Source of the DNA: Candidatus Saccharimonadota bacterium
Lineage (GTDB): Archaea > Nanohalarchaeota > Nanosalinia > Nanosalinales > Nanosalinaceae
Direction of reading: 5' to 3'
DNA length: 32,000 bases
NCBI RefSeq assembly: GCF_047555085.1
Contig: NZ_CP180230.1
Coordinates: forward strand, 90,001 to 122,000
The notes beneath the pieces are model-generated. The model saw nothing but the letters and a program-made list of their open reading frames with translations, had not been told where the DNA came from and ran no database searches. Below are positions 15,770-24,552 of this stretch, piece by piece (within the stretch, counting starts at the first letter, position 1; each line of letters begins with the position of its first letter). The translations under genes were made by a program, and so were the position numbers.

Positions 15770-15913
15770 ATGGAGACAGAATCCATCTGCGAAAACTGCG
15801 GTGAAAGTCCTGCGGTAACTACATGTGAAGTCTGTGGATCAAAGATCTGCCGCCAGTGCAAAAGAGAGTACGGCTGCGAGGCCTGTAACGGCGGAGAAAG
15901 AACTTTTTCCTGA
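15770..15913 (+). CDS. 47-aa zinc-finger micro-protein with four CxxC pairs (hand-found)
   Basis: Translates as METESICENCGESPAVTTCEVCGSKICRQCKREYGCEACNGGERTFS. CENC, CEVC, CRQC and CEAC could form two Zn sites. Divergent from fen, 39 nt away. Below the ORF-track size cutoff. Confidence 0.45.
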   Translation: METESICENCGESPAVTTCEVCGSKICRQCKREYGCEACNGGERTFS

Positions 15914-15983
15914 TTCATGGATTTAGTCGATAATGAAGAATTGAATTAACAGAAAAAATCAAGGAAAAAATTTTAAGCCGAGT

Positions 15984-16238
15984 CTAAAGCTTGTCGAAGT
16001 GCTCCAGCTCGTAACTCTGAACGTTCTCAAGCTGCTCAAGCTTCTCCTCGACAGCATCAGTTCCTCCTTCCTCATCAGTTGTGATGCATGAAACCTTGAC
16101 AGCCTTCAGACCGAAAGCAACTTCCTCCTCACCGATATCCTGAACATCAAGAAGATCCTTCAGCTGATCCTTGATCGATTCCAGATCGGTACTGTCATCT
16201 TCCGGACTGATCTTGTAAACACACGAAATCTTTCCCAT
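15984..16238 (-). CDS. ef1b: translation elongation factor aEF-1 beta
   Basis: MGKISCVYKISPEDDSTDLESIKDQL...EVAFGLKAVKV....DEEGGTDAVEEKL matches the small archaeal EF-1beta fold family. The track start at 16259 is a TTG; ATG 16238 fits the family N-terminus better. Confidence 0.85.
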   Translation of the reverse strand: MGKISCVYKISPEDDSTDLESIKDQLKDLLDVQDIGEEEVAFGLKAVKVSCITTDEEGGTDAVEEKLEQLENVQSYELEHFDKL

Positions 16239-16572
16239 TATTTTGTAACCTCTAGACAAAACTTGGAGAAGAAAAACTTAAAACGAAAACTGTTTTTGAG
16301 AAAAAACTTTTTCCCTCCAAGGCCTCTCCCAGAAAATACAGGATTAAAGCCCCAGAGCATTCTTAACTTTTCTGATGTACTTCTTCAGCATAACTATCAC
16401 AGAAATTTTTTACAGGCCTCATGTTAAAAATTCTTCCCGAAAAATCCCTCCATTTTTTAAACCAAAAATCTGTAGCAAGACAGTAACAGGCCTCTCCAAT
16501 CCACTTTACATCTCAAAAATTTTCTCCCAGTCTTCATAATTCATAACTCTGCGGGTTGAAACATTGTTCGAG

Positions 16573-16644
16573 GCCCGCATGGTCTAGTGGAAAGACGGCA
16601 CCTTGCGGAGGTGCAGATCCAGGGTTCAAATCCCTGTGCGGGCG
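16573..16644 (+). tRNA. tRNA-Arg (anticodon GCG)
   Basis: Hand-folded cloverleaf: GCCCGCA TG GTCT AGTGGAA AGAC G GCACC TTGCGGA GGTGC AGATC CAGGG TTCAAAT CCCTG TGCGGGC G. 72 nt, no encoded CCA, no intron. Confidence 0.85.
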
Positions 16645-16697
16645 CTTTCAGCGTCCTCCTGGCATTTGATAAGAGAAGCTCCTGAGATGCGAGCTTC

Positions 16698-16720
16698 GGG
16701 TTCAAATCCCTGTGCGGGCG
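16698..16720 (+). repeat. exact 23-nt direct repeat of the tRNA-Arg 3' end (T-loop plus acceptor strand)
   Basis: GGGTTCAAATCCCTGTGCGGGCG occurs at 16622-16644, inside the tRNA, and again at 16698-16720. Identity stops exactly at both borders. No matching 5' half lies upstream of the second copy. Confidence 0.8.
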
Positions 16721-16824
16721 AACTGGGTACCACAGATTTACCAGAAATCTGCGACGCTGCATAGTTTTCAAGAATTCAGATATTCTCCGTAACGGATAAA
16801 TGTGGAGGCCTGTAAATTTTTCCT

Positions 16825-17175
16825 GTGACTGAAGAAATCGAGATCGAGGCCTCTAGAGAAGTTTTTGAAGCGGAGCTGGCGGATTCTCTCCTGAAAAAGT
16901 CCTGGGGCCTTTCAATGCGTAAAGAAGGGAAGATGCTTTTCGTATTCGGCTTTGAGGAAAGGCCTCCGATCGATATGATGCTGGTGCAGAGGCCTCTGAA
17001 TCTTTACTTCCTGGATGATGAGAAAAAAGTTGTTGATGTTCAGTACGCGGAGCCATGGAGTTTTGATCCACGTACATGGCGGATTTACAGGCCTTCAGTG
17101 GACTCGAGTTTTCTGCTTGAATCATTTGAGGATCTTGAACTGGAGGAAGGAGATCAACTGCGATTCGACGTTTAA
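16825..17175 (+). CDS. DUF192 family protein
   Basis: 116 aa with a GTG start. The pattern ...KKSWGLSMRKE..MLFVF......IDMMLVQRPLNLYFLDDEKKVVDV...PW....YRP......LES.... resembles the DUF192/COG1430 family. Family call is from memory. Confidence 0.65.
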   Translation: MTEEIEIEASREVFEAELADSLLKKSWGLSMRKEGKMLFVFGFEERPPIDMMLVQRPLNLYFLDDEKKVVDVQYAEPWSFDPRTWRIYRPSVDSSFLLESFEDLELEEGDQLRFDV

Positions 17176-17200
17176 AAGTATTTGAAGGTGTTTTTGTTCC

Positions 17201-17878
17201 ATGGAATTCACAAAATTCTGTCCGCGATGTGGACGGGAGACAGACATGCTTTTCGGTAATGAGAAGAAGCTGTGTCCTGACTGCTATCCGGATAAAAACG
17301 ATATTCTGGATATTCCACGTGAAGTGGAGTTCACAGTCTGTACAGTCTGTGGGCGGATGAGGAAAAGCGGGGAATGGATCGAGGAGTACTCTCTCCAGGA
17401 TCAGCTTGCTGCCAAGTTCTCTGAGTTTGCAGAGGACGATGTCGAGATGGAGCTACAGTTCTGGGAGGATGAAGGCCTTAAAGTCCGTGTGCATGCTGAG
17501 AAAGGCCCTATACAGGATTTCTATGATACAGAAGTAAGTATAGAGGACGATCAGTGTCCTGACTGTTCCCGTTTTCAGGGGGGATTCTACAAGGTGAAGC
17601 TCCAGCTTAGAGGAGAGGAGCCTCTTGAGCCGGTGTCGAATGAGATTGTTGATATTGCGGCAGAGGCCACAAACGATTCCAGGAAGGATTTCCTCTCGAA
17701 TATCGACAAAGTTGATCACGGATTCAACTTTTTCCTGTCAACTGAAAGAATTACGAAAAAAATTCTTACAATGCTGCGTGACGAGTACGATCCGGAGATC
17801 AAGAGAAGCTACGAGCTTATCGGAGAGGAAGGCGGAGAAGAAGTGTACAGAAACGTTGTATCAGTAAGGATGGATTAA
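17201..17878 (+). CDS. NMD3-like zinc-ribbon protein (short archaeal form)
   Basis: N-terminal FCPRCGRE...LCPDCY plus CTVCGR and CPDCSR Cys pairs, as in NMD3 N-terminal domains. At 225 aa it is shorter than typical homologs, so the assignment is tentative. Confidence 0.55.
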   Translation: MEFTKFCPRCGRETDMLFGNEKKLCPDCYPDKNDILDIPREVEFTVCTVCGRMRKSGEWIEEYSLQDQLAAKFSEFAEDDVEMELQFWEDEGLKVRVHAEKGPIQDFYDTEVSIEDDQCPDCSRFQGGFYKVKLQLRGEEPLEPVSNEIVDIAAEATNDSRKDFLSNIDKVDHGFNFFLSTERITKKILTMLRDEYDPEIKRSYELIGEEGGEEVYRNVVSVRMD

Positions 17879-18231
17879 AAAGCGTCGTGAAGACTGTCAG
17901 AGGCCTTTTCGTAGACTTCTTCAGGTATTTTTACAGGCCTGGATCCGTACTCTCCAGGTGTTCTGGTTGAAAAATTCATTTGTGCGCCGAGTCTTTCTGA
18001 TGCTGTCTCGTAGTTCAGCAGGTATTCTACACGGACTTCGTCCTCGATTTCATCGTATACGCCCATTTTTATCCAGCGGTGCTCGTTTCTCCCGTTGGAG
18101 TCCGAGTTGTAAAGCGCTATGTGGTCTCCATCTTCTATGTTTTCGGCCTCTTGACGTGTCTGAGCCAGTCTGAACACTGTCTTCACGTCTTCTGGTATGT
18201 CCTCAAGTTTTCTGTGTATTTCCCCGGGCAC
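17875..18231 (-). CDS. hypothetical acidic protein (118 aa)
   Basis: Clean ORF with composition like its neighbours, convergent with and overlapping the NMD3-like gene by 4 nt. No motif recognised. Confidence 0.5.
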   Translation of the reverse strand: MPGEIHRKLEDIPEDVKTVFRLAQTRQEAENIEDGDHIALYNSDSNGRNEHRWIKMGVYDEIEDEVRVEYLLNYETASERLGAQMNFSTRTPGEYGSRPVKIPEEVYEKASDSLHDAF

Positions 18232-18361
18232 ACTAGGTTTTCGGATCTGTACCGTTAAATTTTCTTTGAAAAATGAGGCCTGTTGCAGAATCTGGGTTTA
18301 AAAAGCTGAGGAACGTTAAATGTTGTATGATGATTCAAAAAGAGTTTGAAGGTGGTTTTTA

Positions 18362-18673
18362 GTGCCTGAAGATGAAGAAGAGGGAATAGGACGTGTACGT
18401 GAACCTGAAGGAGATGAAGTACTTGGAATCGTTCTGAGAAAGGAAGGAGGAGGAAAGTACCGCGTATACTGTACAGACAACAACGAAAGAATATGCCGTA
18501 TCCCTGGAAGCAAGAAGAGAGGCCTCTTCGTCAAGAGAGATTCTGTAGTGCTTGTCGATCCCTGGAAGATTCAGGGCGACGAGAAAGGCGATGTAGTACA
18601 CAGCTACAGTAACGCAGAGACAAGATGGCTGGAAGACAGGGATTACCTGGACGAAATCAAGGAATTCCTCTAA
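18362..18673 (+). CDS. eif1a: translation initiation factor aIF-1A
   Basis: 103 aa with a GTG start after an AAGGTGG SD. The GRVREPEGDEVLGIV...G..Y.V.C.D...R.CRIPG..K......RD.V.V.PW core matches the S1-like OB fold of eIF-1A. Confidence 0.9.
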   Translation: MPEDEEEGIGRVREPEGDEVLGIVLRKEGGGKYRVYCTDNNERICRIPGSKKRGLFVKRDSVVLVDPWKIQGDEKGDVVHSYSNAETRWLEDRDYLDEIKEFL

Positions 18674-18687
18674 AAATTACTTGAGCT

Positions 18688-19125
18688 ATGAAAAGGCCTT
18701 ACAGAGACCTGATTGCTGTACTGGCTCTTCTGACAGTTTCTCAACTACTTTCAGTACTTTTCAGCATATCAAATGCTCTTACTCTGACTGTAGGCCTTGC
18801 TTTTTCACTTTACTACCTCTTTGACAGAGATTATCTTGATAAGGAGGAGGCCTTGACTGCAGCTTTCGGATTCCTCGCCTCAACGGCGTTGTTCTCCGCT
18901 GTCAAAAAGTTCTTTGTACTGAATGATCTCTGTGCCGTTGCAAAGGCCTCTGGAGCTATAGAAGGCTCAGCTAACGTTTTCTCTCAGGGAGGAGTCTGCA
19001 AAGGCGTTTTCCAGACATGGATATCCACTTTTGCAATGGATCCGTTCTACAATATCTTTTTCTGGCTGGTCGCAGTTGCTGGATCTGTCCTGGCGGTGCT
19101 GGTCTACAGGAAGTACGGTGAATAA
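18688..19125 (+). CDS. small integral membrane protein (hypothetical)
   Basis: 145 aa with about four hydrophobic helices. Lies between aIF-1A and Rio1. Confidence 0.55.
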   Translation: MKRPYRDLIAVLALLTVSQLLSVLFSISNALTLTVGLAFSLYYLFDRDYLDKEEALTAAFGFLASTALFSAVKKFFVLNDLCAVAKASGAIEGSANVFSQGGVCKGVFQTWISTFAMDPFYNIFFWLVAVAGSVLAVLVYRKYGE

Positions 19126-19128
19126 GTT

Positions 19129-19917
19129 ATGCCTGAAGATATATACCGTCATGACTATGAGAAGGAGAAAGCACGTCAGATGTTCGATTCTTCGGAAGCC
19201 AGGAAGGCCTTCGAGAACGTGCTCGATCATGACACGTTGATGGCGTTGATCAAGCTGGAGGAACGTGAAGTACTGGAGAGGATGTACGGAACTATAGAAT
19301 CAGGTAAAGAATCTGTCGTTTTCCTTGCTGATACTCCTGAAGAGGAACGTGTTCTAGTGAAAATTTACATGAATCGTGCAGGAGGCTTCAGAGATATGCA
19401 TAACTATCTCAGAGGGGATAAAAGATTTCGAAACGTTAAGAGCGATCGCAAGAGCGTTATAACAGAGTGGTGCAAGAAAGAGTACAAGAACCTGAAGAAG
19501 GCCTCTAATGTTCTCAGATGTCCTGAAGCAATAGCTTTTCAGGAAAATATTCTTGTCATGGAGTTTATAGGAAAAGATTTTTCGGCATATCCAAAGCTGA
19601 AGGAAGTGGAGATCGAGAATCCTGAGGAAGGCCTTGAACACGTCCTGAAGGATATAGAGTCTCTCTGGAATGAAGAAAAGCTTGTTCACGGCGATCTTTC
19701 AGAGTACAATATTCTTGTTGAAAGGGATTCTCTGGCGTGGATAGATTTCTCCCAGGGAGTTCACAGGACGCATCCGGAGGCCCTGAATCTTCTGAAGCGT
19801 GACGTGGATAACGTTGTCGAATTTTTCAATGGGCAGGGTGCTGACATGAGTAAGGATGAGGCCTTGAAACGTATTATTTCGGAGGAAGAGGCGGCTGAAG
19901 CCGGATTTAACCTATAA
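19129..19917 (+). CDS. rio1: RIO-type serine protein kinase Rio1
   Basis: IESGKESVVFLA (P-loop-like), VKIYM, catalytic LVHGDLSEYNILV and metal-binding IDFSQGV motifs. Sits in the conserved archaeal aIF-1A / Rio1 / KH neighbourhood. Confidence 0.9.
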   Translation: MPEDIYRHDYEKEKARQMFDSSEARKAFENVLDHDTLMALIKLEEREVLERMYGTIESGKESVVFLADTPEEERVLVKIYMNRAGGFRDMHNYLRGDKRFRNVKSDRKSVITEWCKKEYKNLKKASNVLRCPEAIAFQENILVMEFIGKDFSAYPKLKEVEIENPEEGLEHVLKDIESLWNEEKLVHGDLSEYNILVERDSLAWIDFSQGVHRTHPEALNLLKRDVDNVVEFFNGQGADMSKDEALKRIISEEEAAEAGFNL

Positions 19918-19950
19918 AAAGGTTGGCGGGGATTTGTATATTAAGAGCAG

Positions 19951-20454
19951 ATGAAACAGGTCAGGATTCCGGATGAGAGAGTAGGTGTCCTTATTGGTGA
20001 GGGCGGTGAAACGAAGAGAGAGTTCGAGGATTTGACAGATTGCAGTTTAACTATTGAGGATAATCTTGTGAAGGTTGATGGCGAGGTCCTGGATGAGATG
20101 AAGGCTCAGGAGGTCGTCAAGGCTATCGGCCGAGGTTTCAGTCCTGAGAGAGCTTTTCATCTGCTTGAGAAGGATAAGATGCTTTACCTGATTGATATAG
20201 GAGATTTTGCAGATACAAGTAATGCTGAGGAGCGTTTGAAGGGTAGAGTAATCGGTAGAGATGGTGAGACGCGTCGACATATCGAGAAGCAGACTGAGAC
20301 TGATATCAGTGTTTATGGCGGTACTGTTGCTATTATAGGTAAAGGCCGTAATGTTGAGGTTTCACGTGAAGCGATCAGGATGCTTCTCAAGGGGTCAAGT
20401 CACTCTACTGCATACAATTATCTTGAGAAAAATCAGGGTAAGATTGAGCAATGA
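19951..20454 (+). CDS. KH-domain RNA-binding protein (Dim2/Pno1-like)
   Basis: 167 aa with two KH-like GxxG segments (IGEGGETKR and IGRDGETRRHIE). Conserved position downstream of rio1. Confidence 0.8.
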   Translation: MKQVRIPDERVGVLIGEGGETKREFEDLTDCSLTIEDNLVKVDGEVLDEMKAQEVVKAIGRGFSPERAFHLLEKDKMLYLIDIGDFADTSNAEERLKGRVIGRDGETRRHIEKQTETDISVYGGTVAIIGKGRNVEVSREAIRMLLKGSSHSTAYNYLEKNQGKIEQ

Positions 20455-20486
20455 GTTTTTCCAGAAGTTTTGAGGTGTAAAGATAG

Positions 20487-22076
20487 ATGGCAAATGGAAT
20501 TGAAGAACCAGTACAGGAAGAATCCGACCACAGAGAGATCTCAGTAGCAGAGTTTTTCGAGAAGAACAAGCACCTGCTGGGATTCGAGAATGCACAAAAA
20601 TCTATAATAACAGTAATTAAGGAGGCCGTTGACAACTCTCTGGATGCTTGTGAGGAAGATGCTATACTTCCGGAGATACAGGTCCTTATCGATGATCTTG
20701 GCGACGATAAATGCCGTGTCGAGATCAGGGACAATGCTATAGGCCTCGACAGGGAGACTATTCCGAAGGTATTCGGTAAGCTGCTTTACGGATCAAAGTT
20801 CCACAAGCTTCAGCAGAGCCGTGGACAGCAGGGAATCGGTATCTCCGCTTCTGCGATGTACGCTCAGTTGACTACAGGAGAGCCTGTAACTGTTTACTCG
20901 AAGCAGAAAGGTGAGCCGTGTCACAGATTTGTTGTAAGAATTGATACTGAGAAGAACGAGCCGGAGATTCTTGAAGATGAGATTGTTGATCCGGAAAGCG
21001 ATGAGTTCCCTGGAGACAAGGATTACTACTTCGATCATGGAACAACTATCGAGATGAACATCGAGGCCAAGTACACGAAAGGCCACCACTCCGTCCGCAA
21101 CTACCTCAAGCATACGGCGATCATGAATCCGTACGCAAGAGTAGTTCTACGGGAGCCAAGCGGCAACAAGATCGAGTATCCGCGTGTCTCAAAGGAGCTC
21201 CCGGAGCCTCCGAAGGAGATCAAGCCTCATCCGCATGGAGTGGAGCTTGGAGTCATGCTGCGTATGATAGACAACAGCGACTCCCGTACAATCAGCAGCT
21301 TTCTTCAGAGCGAGTTCACACGTGTCGGAAGAACTTCTGCAGAGGAGATCTGTGAAGAGGCCGATATAGATGATGGGAGAAGGCCTAACACATTAAGTAA
21401 AGATGAAGTAGAGCAGATTCTTAATGCCGCACAGCGTGTAAAGCTTCAGAATCCTCCTACAGACTGTCTTTCTCCTCTTGGAGAGGATCTGATGCTTAAA
21501 GGCCTGGAGAAAGAGTTGAATCCAGAGTTCACAGAGACTATCACTCGTAAGCCAAGTGTTTATCAGGGGAATCCTTTCCAGGTGGAAGTTGGACTTGCAT
21601 GGGGAGGAGATATTGAAGATGAAGGAAGCTTTGAAGAACTAAGATACGCTAACAAGGTGCCGCTTCTTTACAAGAAATCGGCCTGTGTGACTACAAAAGC
21701 TATAGAAGATGTTTCCTGGAACCGCTATAACATCAGCCAGACAGGTAACAGGCCTCAAGGCCCGCTTTACATCTCAATTCACATTGCATCGGTTTGGGTG
21801 CCGTTTACTTCAGAAGGTAAGGAGGCTGTTGCCAACTACGATCCTATCCGGAAGGAGATGAAGCTGGCATTACAGGAAGCAGGTAGAAAGCTTGGAAAGT
21901 ATCTCAAGAGGAAAGAGAGAAGAGAAATCCAGGAGAAGAAGAAGAGACAGCTCACATCCTATGCAAAGGAGATGGGGCCTGCTATTGCGCAGCTAGCCGG
22001 TGAAGGTGATGCTGAGGAAATCGAAGATGAGATCCAGGCGATGGTTCAGAGGGACTACAATCCGGAGCAGCTTTAA
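20487..22076 (+). CDS. top6B: DNA topoisomerase VI subunit B
   Basis: ISVAEFFEKNKHLLGF......IITVIKEAVDNSLDACEE (GHKL Bergerat fold N-box) and GKLLYGSKF...QSRGQQGIGIS (G-boxes). 529 aa. Confidence 0.95.
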   Translation: MANGIEEPVQEESDHREISVAEFFEKNKHLLGFENAQKSIITVIKEAVDNSLDACEEDAILPEIQVLIDDLGDDKCRVEIRDNAIGLDRETIPKVFGKLLYGSKFHKLQQSRGQQGIGISASAMYAQLTTGEPVTVYSKQKGEPCHRFVVRIDTEKNEPEILEDEIVDPESDEFPGDKDYYFDHGTTIEMNIEAKYTKGHHSVRNYLKHTAIMNPYARVVLREPSGNKIEYPRVSKELPEPPKEIKPHPHGVELGVMLRMIDNSDSRTISSFLQSEFTRVGRTSAEEICEEADIDDGRRPNTLSKDEVEQILNAAQRVKLQNPPTDCLSPLGEDLMLKGLEKELNPEFTETITRKPSVYQGNPFQVEVGLAWGGDIEDEGSFEELRYANKVPLLYKKSACVTTKAIEDVSWNRYNISQTGNRPQGPLYISIHIASVWVPFTSEGKEAVANYDPIRKEMKLALQEAGRKLGKYLKRKERREIQEKKKRQLTSYAKEMGPAIAQLAGEGDAEEIEDEIQAMVQRDYNPEQL

Positions 22077-22092
22077 GAGGTGAAACATTAAC

Positions 22093-23223
22093 ATGCCAAA
22101 GAAAGATCTAGCAAATGACGAAGATACCCTTGACAGGCTAGTCCGTCTTGGGAAAAAACTTAGAAACCAGCTTAACGATCCAGAGAGCGACAATTTGACT
22201 ATTGACACCAAGGTACGTTCAAAGTCAAATGTCGAGTACGATGAGGAGGAAGGAAGACTTTCTCTCGGTGACAGCTACTCCACAAGAAAGTTCCTGAACA
22301 TTTCTCACGCCAGAAAGTTCATGCAGACCACGCTGGTCGCTAACAAGGCCAAGGAACTTGTAGAAAACGGTAGAACGGCTTCCATCCGAGAAGTATACTA
22401 CCAGCTCAAGCACAGTGTTCCAGGCCTCGACGAGAACACTTTTGAGGATCAGGACGAGTCCAACAACGTTGTTGTCGACATCGAGACAGCGACAGGAGCA
22501 ATCCGTGAAGATCTGCACCTTTTTGCAGAGCCTAAAGGACGACTGTTCGGACCAATCAAGATCAACGACTCTGGCGACACGATCGATGCAATGAGCATGG
22601 GAAGCGCCGGAATGGCAATTCCATCCATCGTCGACCACCTGGAGTTCGAGGAAAACAACGCAGACTTCATCCTCGTAGTCGAGACATCTGCGATGGTCAA
22701 CAGACTCGTGGAGGAAGATTTCCACGAGGAACACAACGCTATAATCATTGGAACAGGAGGACAGCCAGCACGTGGAGCAAGACGACTCATCAACATGATG
22801 CACAACGAACTGGACCTACCGGTATACGTCTTCACTGACGGCGACCCATGGGGATACTACATCTACTCAGTCCTCAAATCCGGATCAATGAGCCTCGCAT
22901 TCCAGTCCGATAGACTTGCAACACCGGACGCAAAGCTCATCGGTATGACAATGGAAGATATCGAGGCCTACGGGCTTGAACACGTAACAGAAGACCTGAA
23001 AGGAAAGCCAGAGGACTCCGGCGGACCTACAAAAGACTACAAGCGTATCCACGACGTCATGGACTACGAGTGGATGCAGAAAGAGGAATGGCAGAAACAG
23101 CTTGAACTCATGCTTGACAAAGGAGTCAGAGTCGAGCAGCAGGCCCTGGCAGCCAACTCACTTGAGTTCGTGGCAAACCAGTACCTGCCTGAAAAGATCG
23201 AAAACGAGACATTCCTCGATTAA
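22093..23223 (+). CDS. top6A: DNA topoisomerase VI subunit A (Spo11 homolog)
   Basis: IREVYYQLK holds the catalytic Tyr region. Toprim motifs are FILVVETSAM and VFTDGDPWGYYIY. 376 aa, 16 nt after top6B. Confidence 0.95.
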   Translation: MPKKDLANDEDTLDRLVRLGKKLRNQLNDPESDNLTIDTKVRSKSNVEYDEEEGRLSLGDSYSTRKFLNISHARKFMQTTLVANKAKELVENGRTASIREVYYQLKHSVPGLDENTFEDQDESNNVVVDIETATGAIREDLHLFAEPKGRLFGPIKINDSGDTIDAMSMGSAGMAIPSIVDHLEFEENNADFILVVETSAMVNRLVEEDFHEEHNAIIIGTGGQPARGARRLINMMHNELDLPVYVFTDGDPWGYYIYSVLKSGSMSLAFQSDRLATPDAKLIGMTMEDIEAYGLEHVTEDLKGKPEDSGGPTKDYKRIHDVMDYEWMQKEEWQKQLELMLDKGVRVEQQALAANSLEFVANQYLPEKIENETFLD

Positions 23224-23233
23224 AAAATTCCTG

Positions 23234-23276
23234 GAGGCCTGAAAAAAGGCCTCTCAACTTTTCTCTTCATTTTTTC
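23234..23276 (+). terminator. hairpin plus T-tract downstream of top6A
   Basis: GAGGCC-TGAAAAAA-GGCCTC hairpin (23234-23253), built from two AGGCCT copies, followed by CTTTTCTCTTCATTTTTT. Archaeal termination usually needs only the T-tracts, so the hairpin role is uncertain. Confidence 0.4.
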
Positions 23277-23319
23277 CTATACAAATTTTTTCTTTTCGTT
23301 CTCGATCTAACAGATACGG

Positions 23320-24366
23320 ATGATTTTAAAGGCCTCCGGACTGAGAAAATTTTCCATGGATGATCAGAAAATCTTTCTACTGTCCGCAGCAGCATCTATA
23401 ATCCTGCTCGGTGCAGCTTTCCACGTATTTACAGATGAAGATTCTGGATTCGTGCAGGAAAACAAAATTGATCTGGATGTGAAAGACGTGGAGCTGATCT
23501 CGGCCTCGAAAAGCGTAGCATACGGCAAAGGATACAGCTTGGACGCTTCTCTGAGTCTCTCACAGGCCTCTGATCCAGTAGTTGTACGCTACAGAACGAT
23601 GCGTGGAACAGCAGCAGGCGGAGCACAGGCATTATTCGACTACAGTTTCCTCGATCCTGGCGAGGAGATAGATGTGAGGCTTGAACAGAATCGCGAAGAA
23701 AATCAAAGCAATCAGACAGTGAAGATTTCCTATATTCCTGTCGAAAAAGGCCTTGAAAATATAGATGAAGAGGACTATAGGGTCTTTAATTCGCCTCAGA
23801 ATTATCCGGAGTACGTTAAAGGCAACAGTACGGAGATGAGTTTCTCTTTCGATCCGGAAAACTACGATATTCCGGCTTCTACTCAGGAAACATCTGAAGG
23901 CGGTGAAAATAGATTTACCGACTATCTTTCAAACTTTGATTTCACAGTTGAGAAAAACGGATACTTTATACACAGAAAGTCGATGGGCAATGATACGATC
24001 GCCAATCTTACCGTGACTCTCGGCGAGGAGGCCTCTGAAGCAGCTGTGATCGATTATGTGGTATGCACAGAATGTTCCCCACAGAGGACGGAGAAAGTAA
24101 TCCAGCCTGGCGAAAGCAAAAATATCATGTACGAGTACAACTTGAAGAATCAATCGGACTCAATCTCAAACAATCATAGAATCAGATACGTACCGGTCAG
24201 CGAAGTACCGGAAGAGGAACTTGGAAATCCACTGGCAATGGAACTGGAAAGTTACGCAGAGGACTCTTTGATAGGTGAAAAAGAAATCCCCCTTCCAGGA
24301 CAGCAACAATTGAAAAATGAAAACGTGACTACAGTAACTGAAGCACCGACACCCACAAGATTCTAG
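23320..24366 (+). CDS. membrane-anchored or secreted hypothetical protein (348 aa)
   Basis: N-terminal helix IFLLSAAASIILLGAAFHVF, with a likely real start at MDDQK. The acidic extracellular part shows weak internal two-domain similarity. No family recognised. Confidence 0.6.
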   Translation: MILKASGLRKFSMDDQKIFLLSAAASIILLGAAFHVFTDEDSGFVQENKIDLDVKDVELISASKSVAYGKGYSLDASLSLSQASDPVVVRYRTMRGTAAGGAQALFDYSFLDPGEEIDVRLEQNREENQSNQTVKISYIPVEKGLENIDEEDYRVFNSPQNYPEYVKGNSTEMSFSFDPENYDIPASTQETSEGGENRFTDYLSNFDFTVEKNGYFIHRKSMGNDTIANLTVTLGEEASEAAVIDYVVCTECSPQRTEKVIQPGESKNIMYEYNLKNQSDSISNNHRIRYVPVSEVPEEELGNPLAMELESYAEDSLIGEKEIPLPGQQQLKNENVTTVTEAPTPTRF

Positions 24367-24454
24367 CCTGATTTTGACTATTATCCTGTCAAGATAAGGC
24401 CTACTGTTTAAAAAATTCTCGCCCCACCACTATATCACAGGCCTCCAACAAAAG

Positions 24455-24527
<73 letters not shown>

Positions 24528-24552
24528 AACTTTTTTCGCCTCTAAAAATTTT

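Noticed and set aside
16645-16720. Second complete tRNA gene downstream of tRNA-Arg
   Set aside because: No GCCCGCA acceptor 5' strand, D-arm or proper 5-bp/7-nt anticodon arm lies upstream. The T-stem would carry a C-T mismatch. Only the 23-nt 3' segment is conserved, so it is reported as a repeat.
16541-16771. 76-aa minus-strand ORF
   Set aside because: It spans the tRNA-Arg gene and its duplicated 3' end. The product is basic and Pro/Arg-rich, unlike the local proteome.
22225-22835. 192- and 128-aa minus-strand ORFs inside top6A
   Set aside because: Antisense to a gene with the catalytic Tyr and Toprim motifs. The products are Cys/Ser/Val-rich shadow frames.
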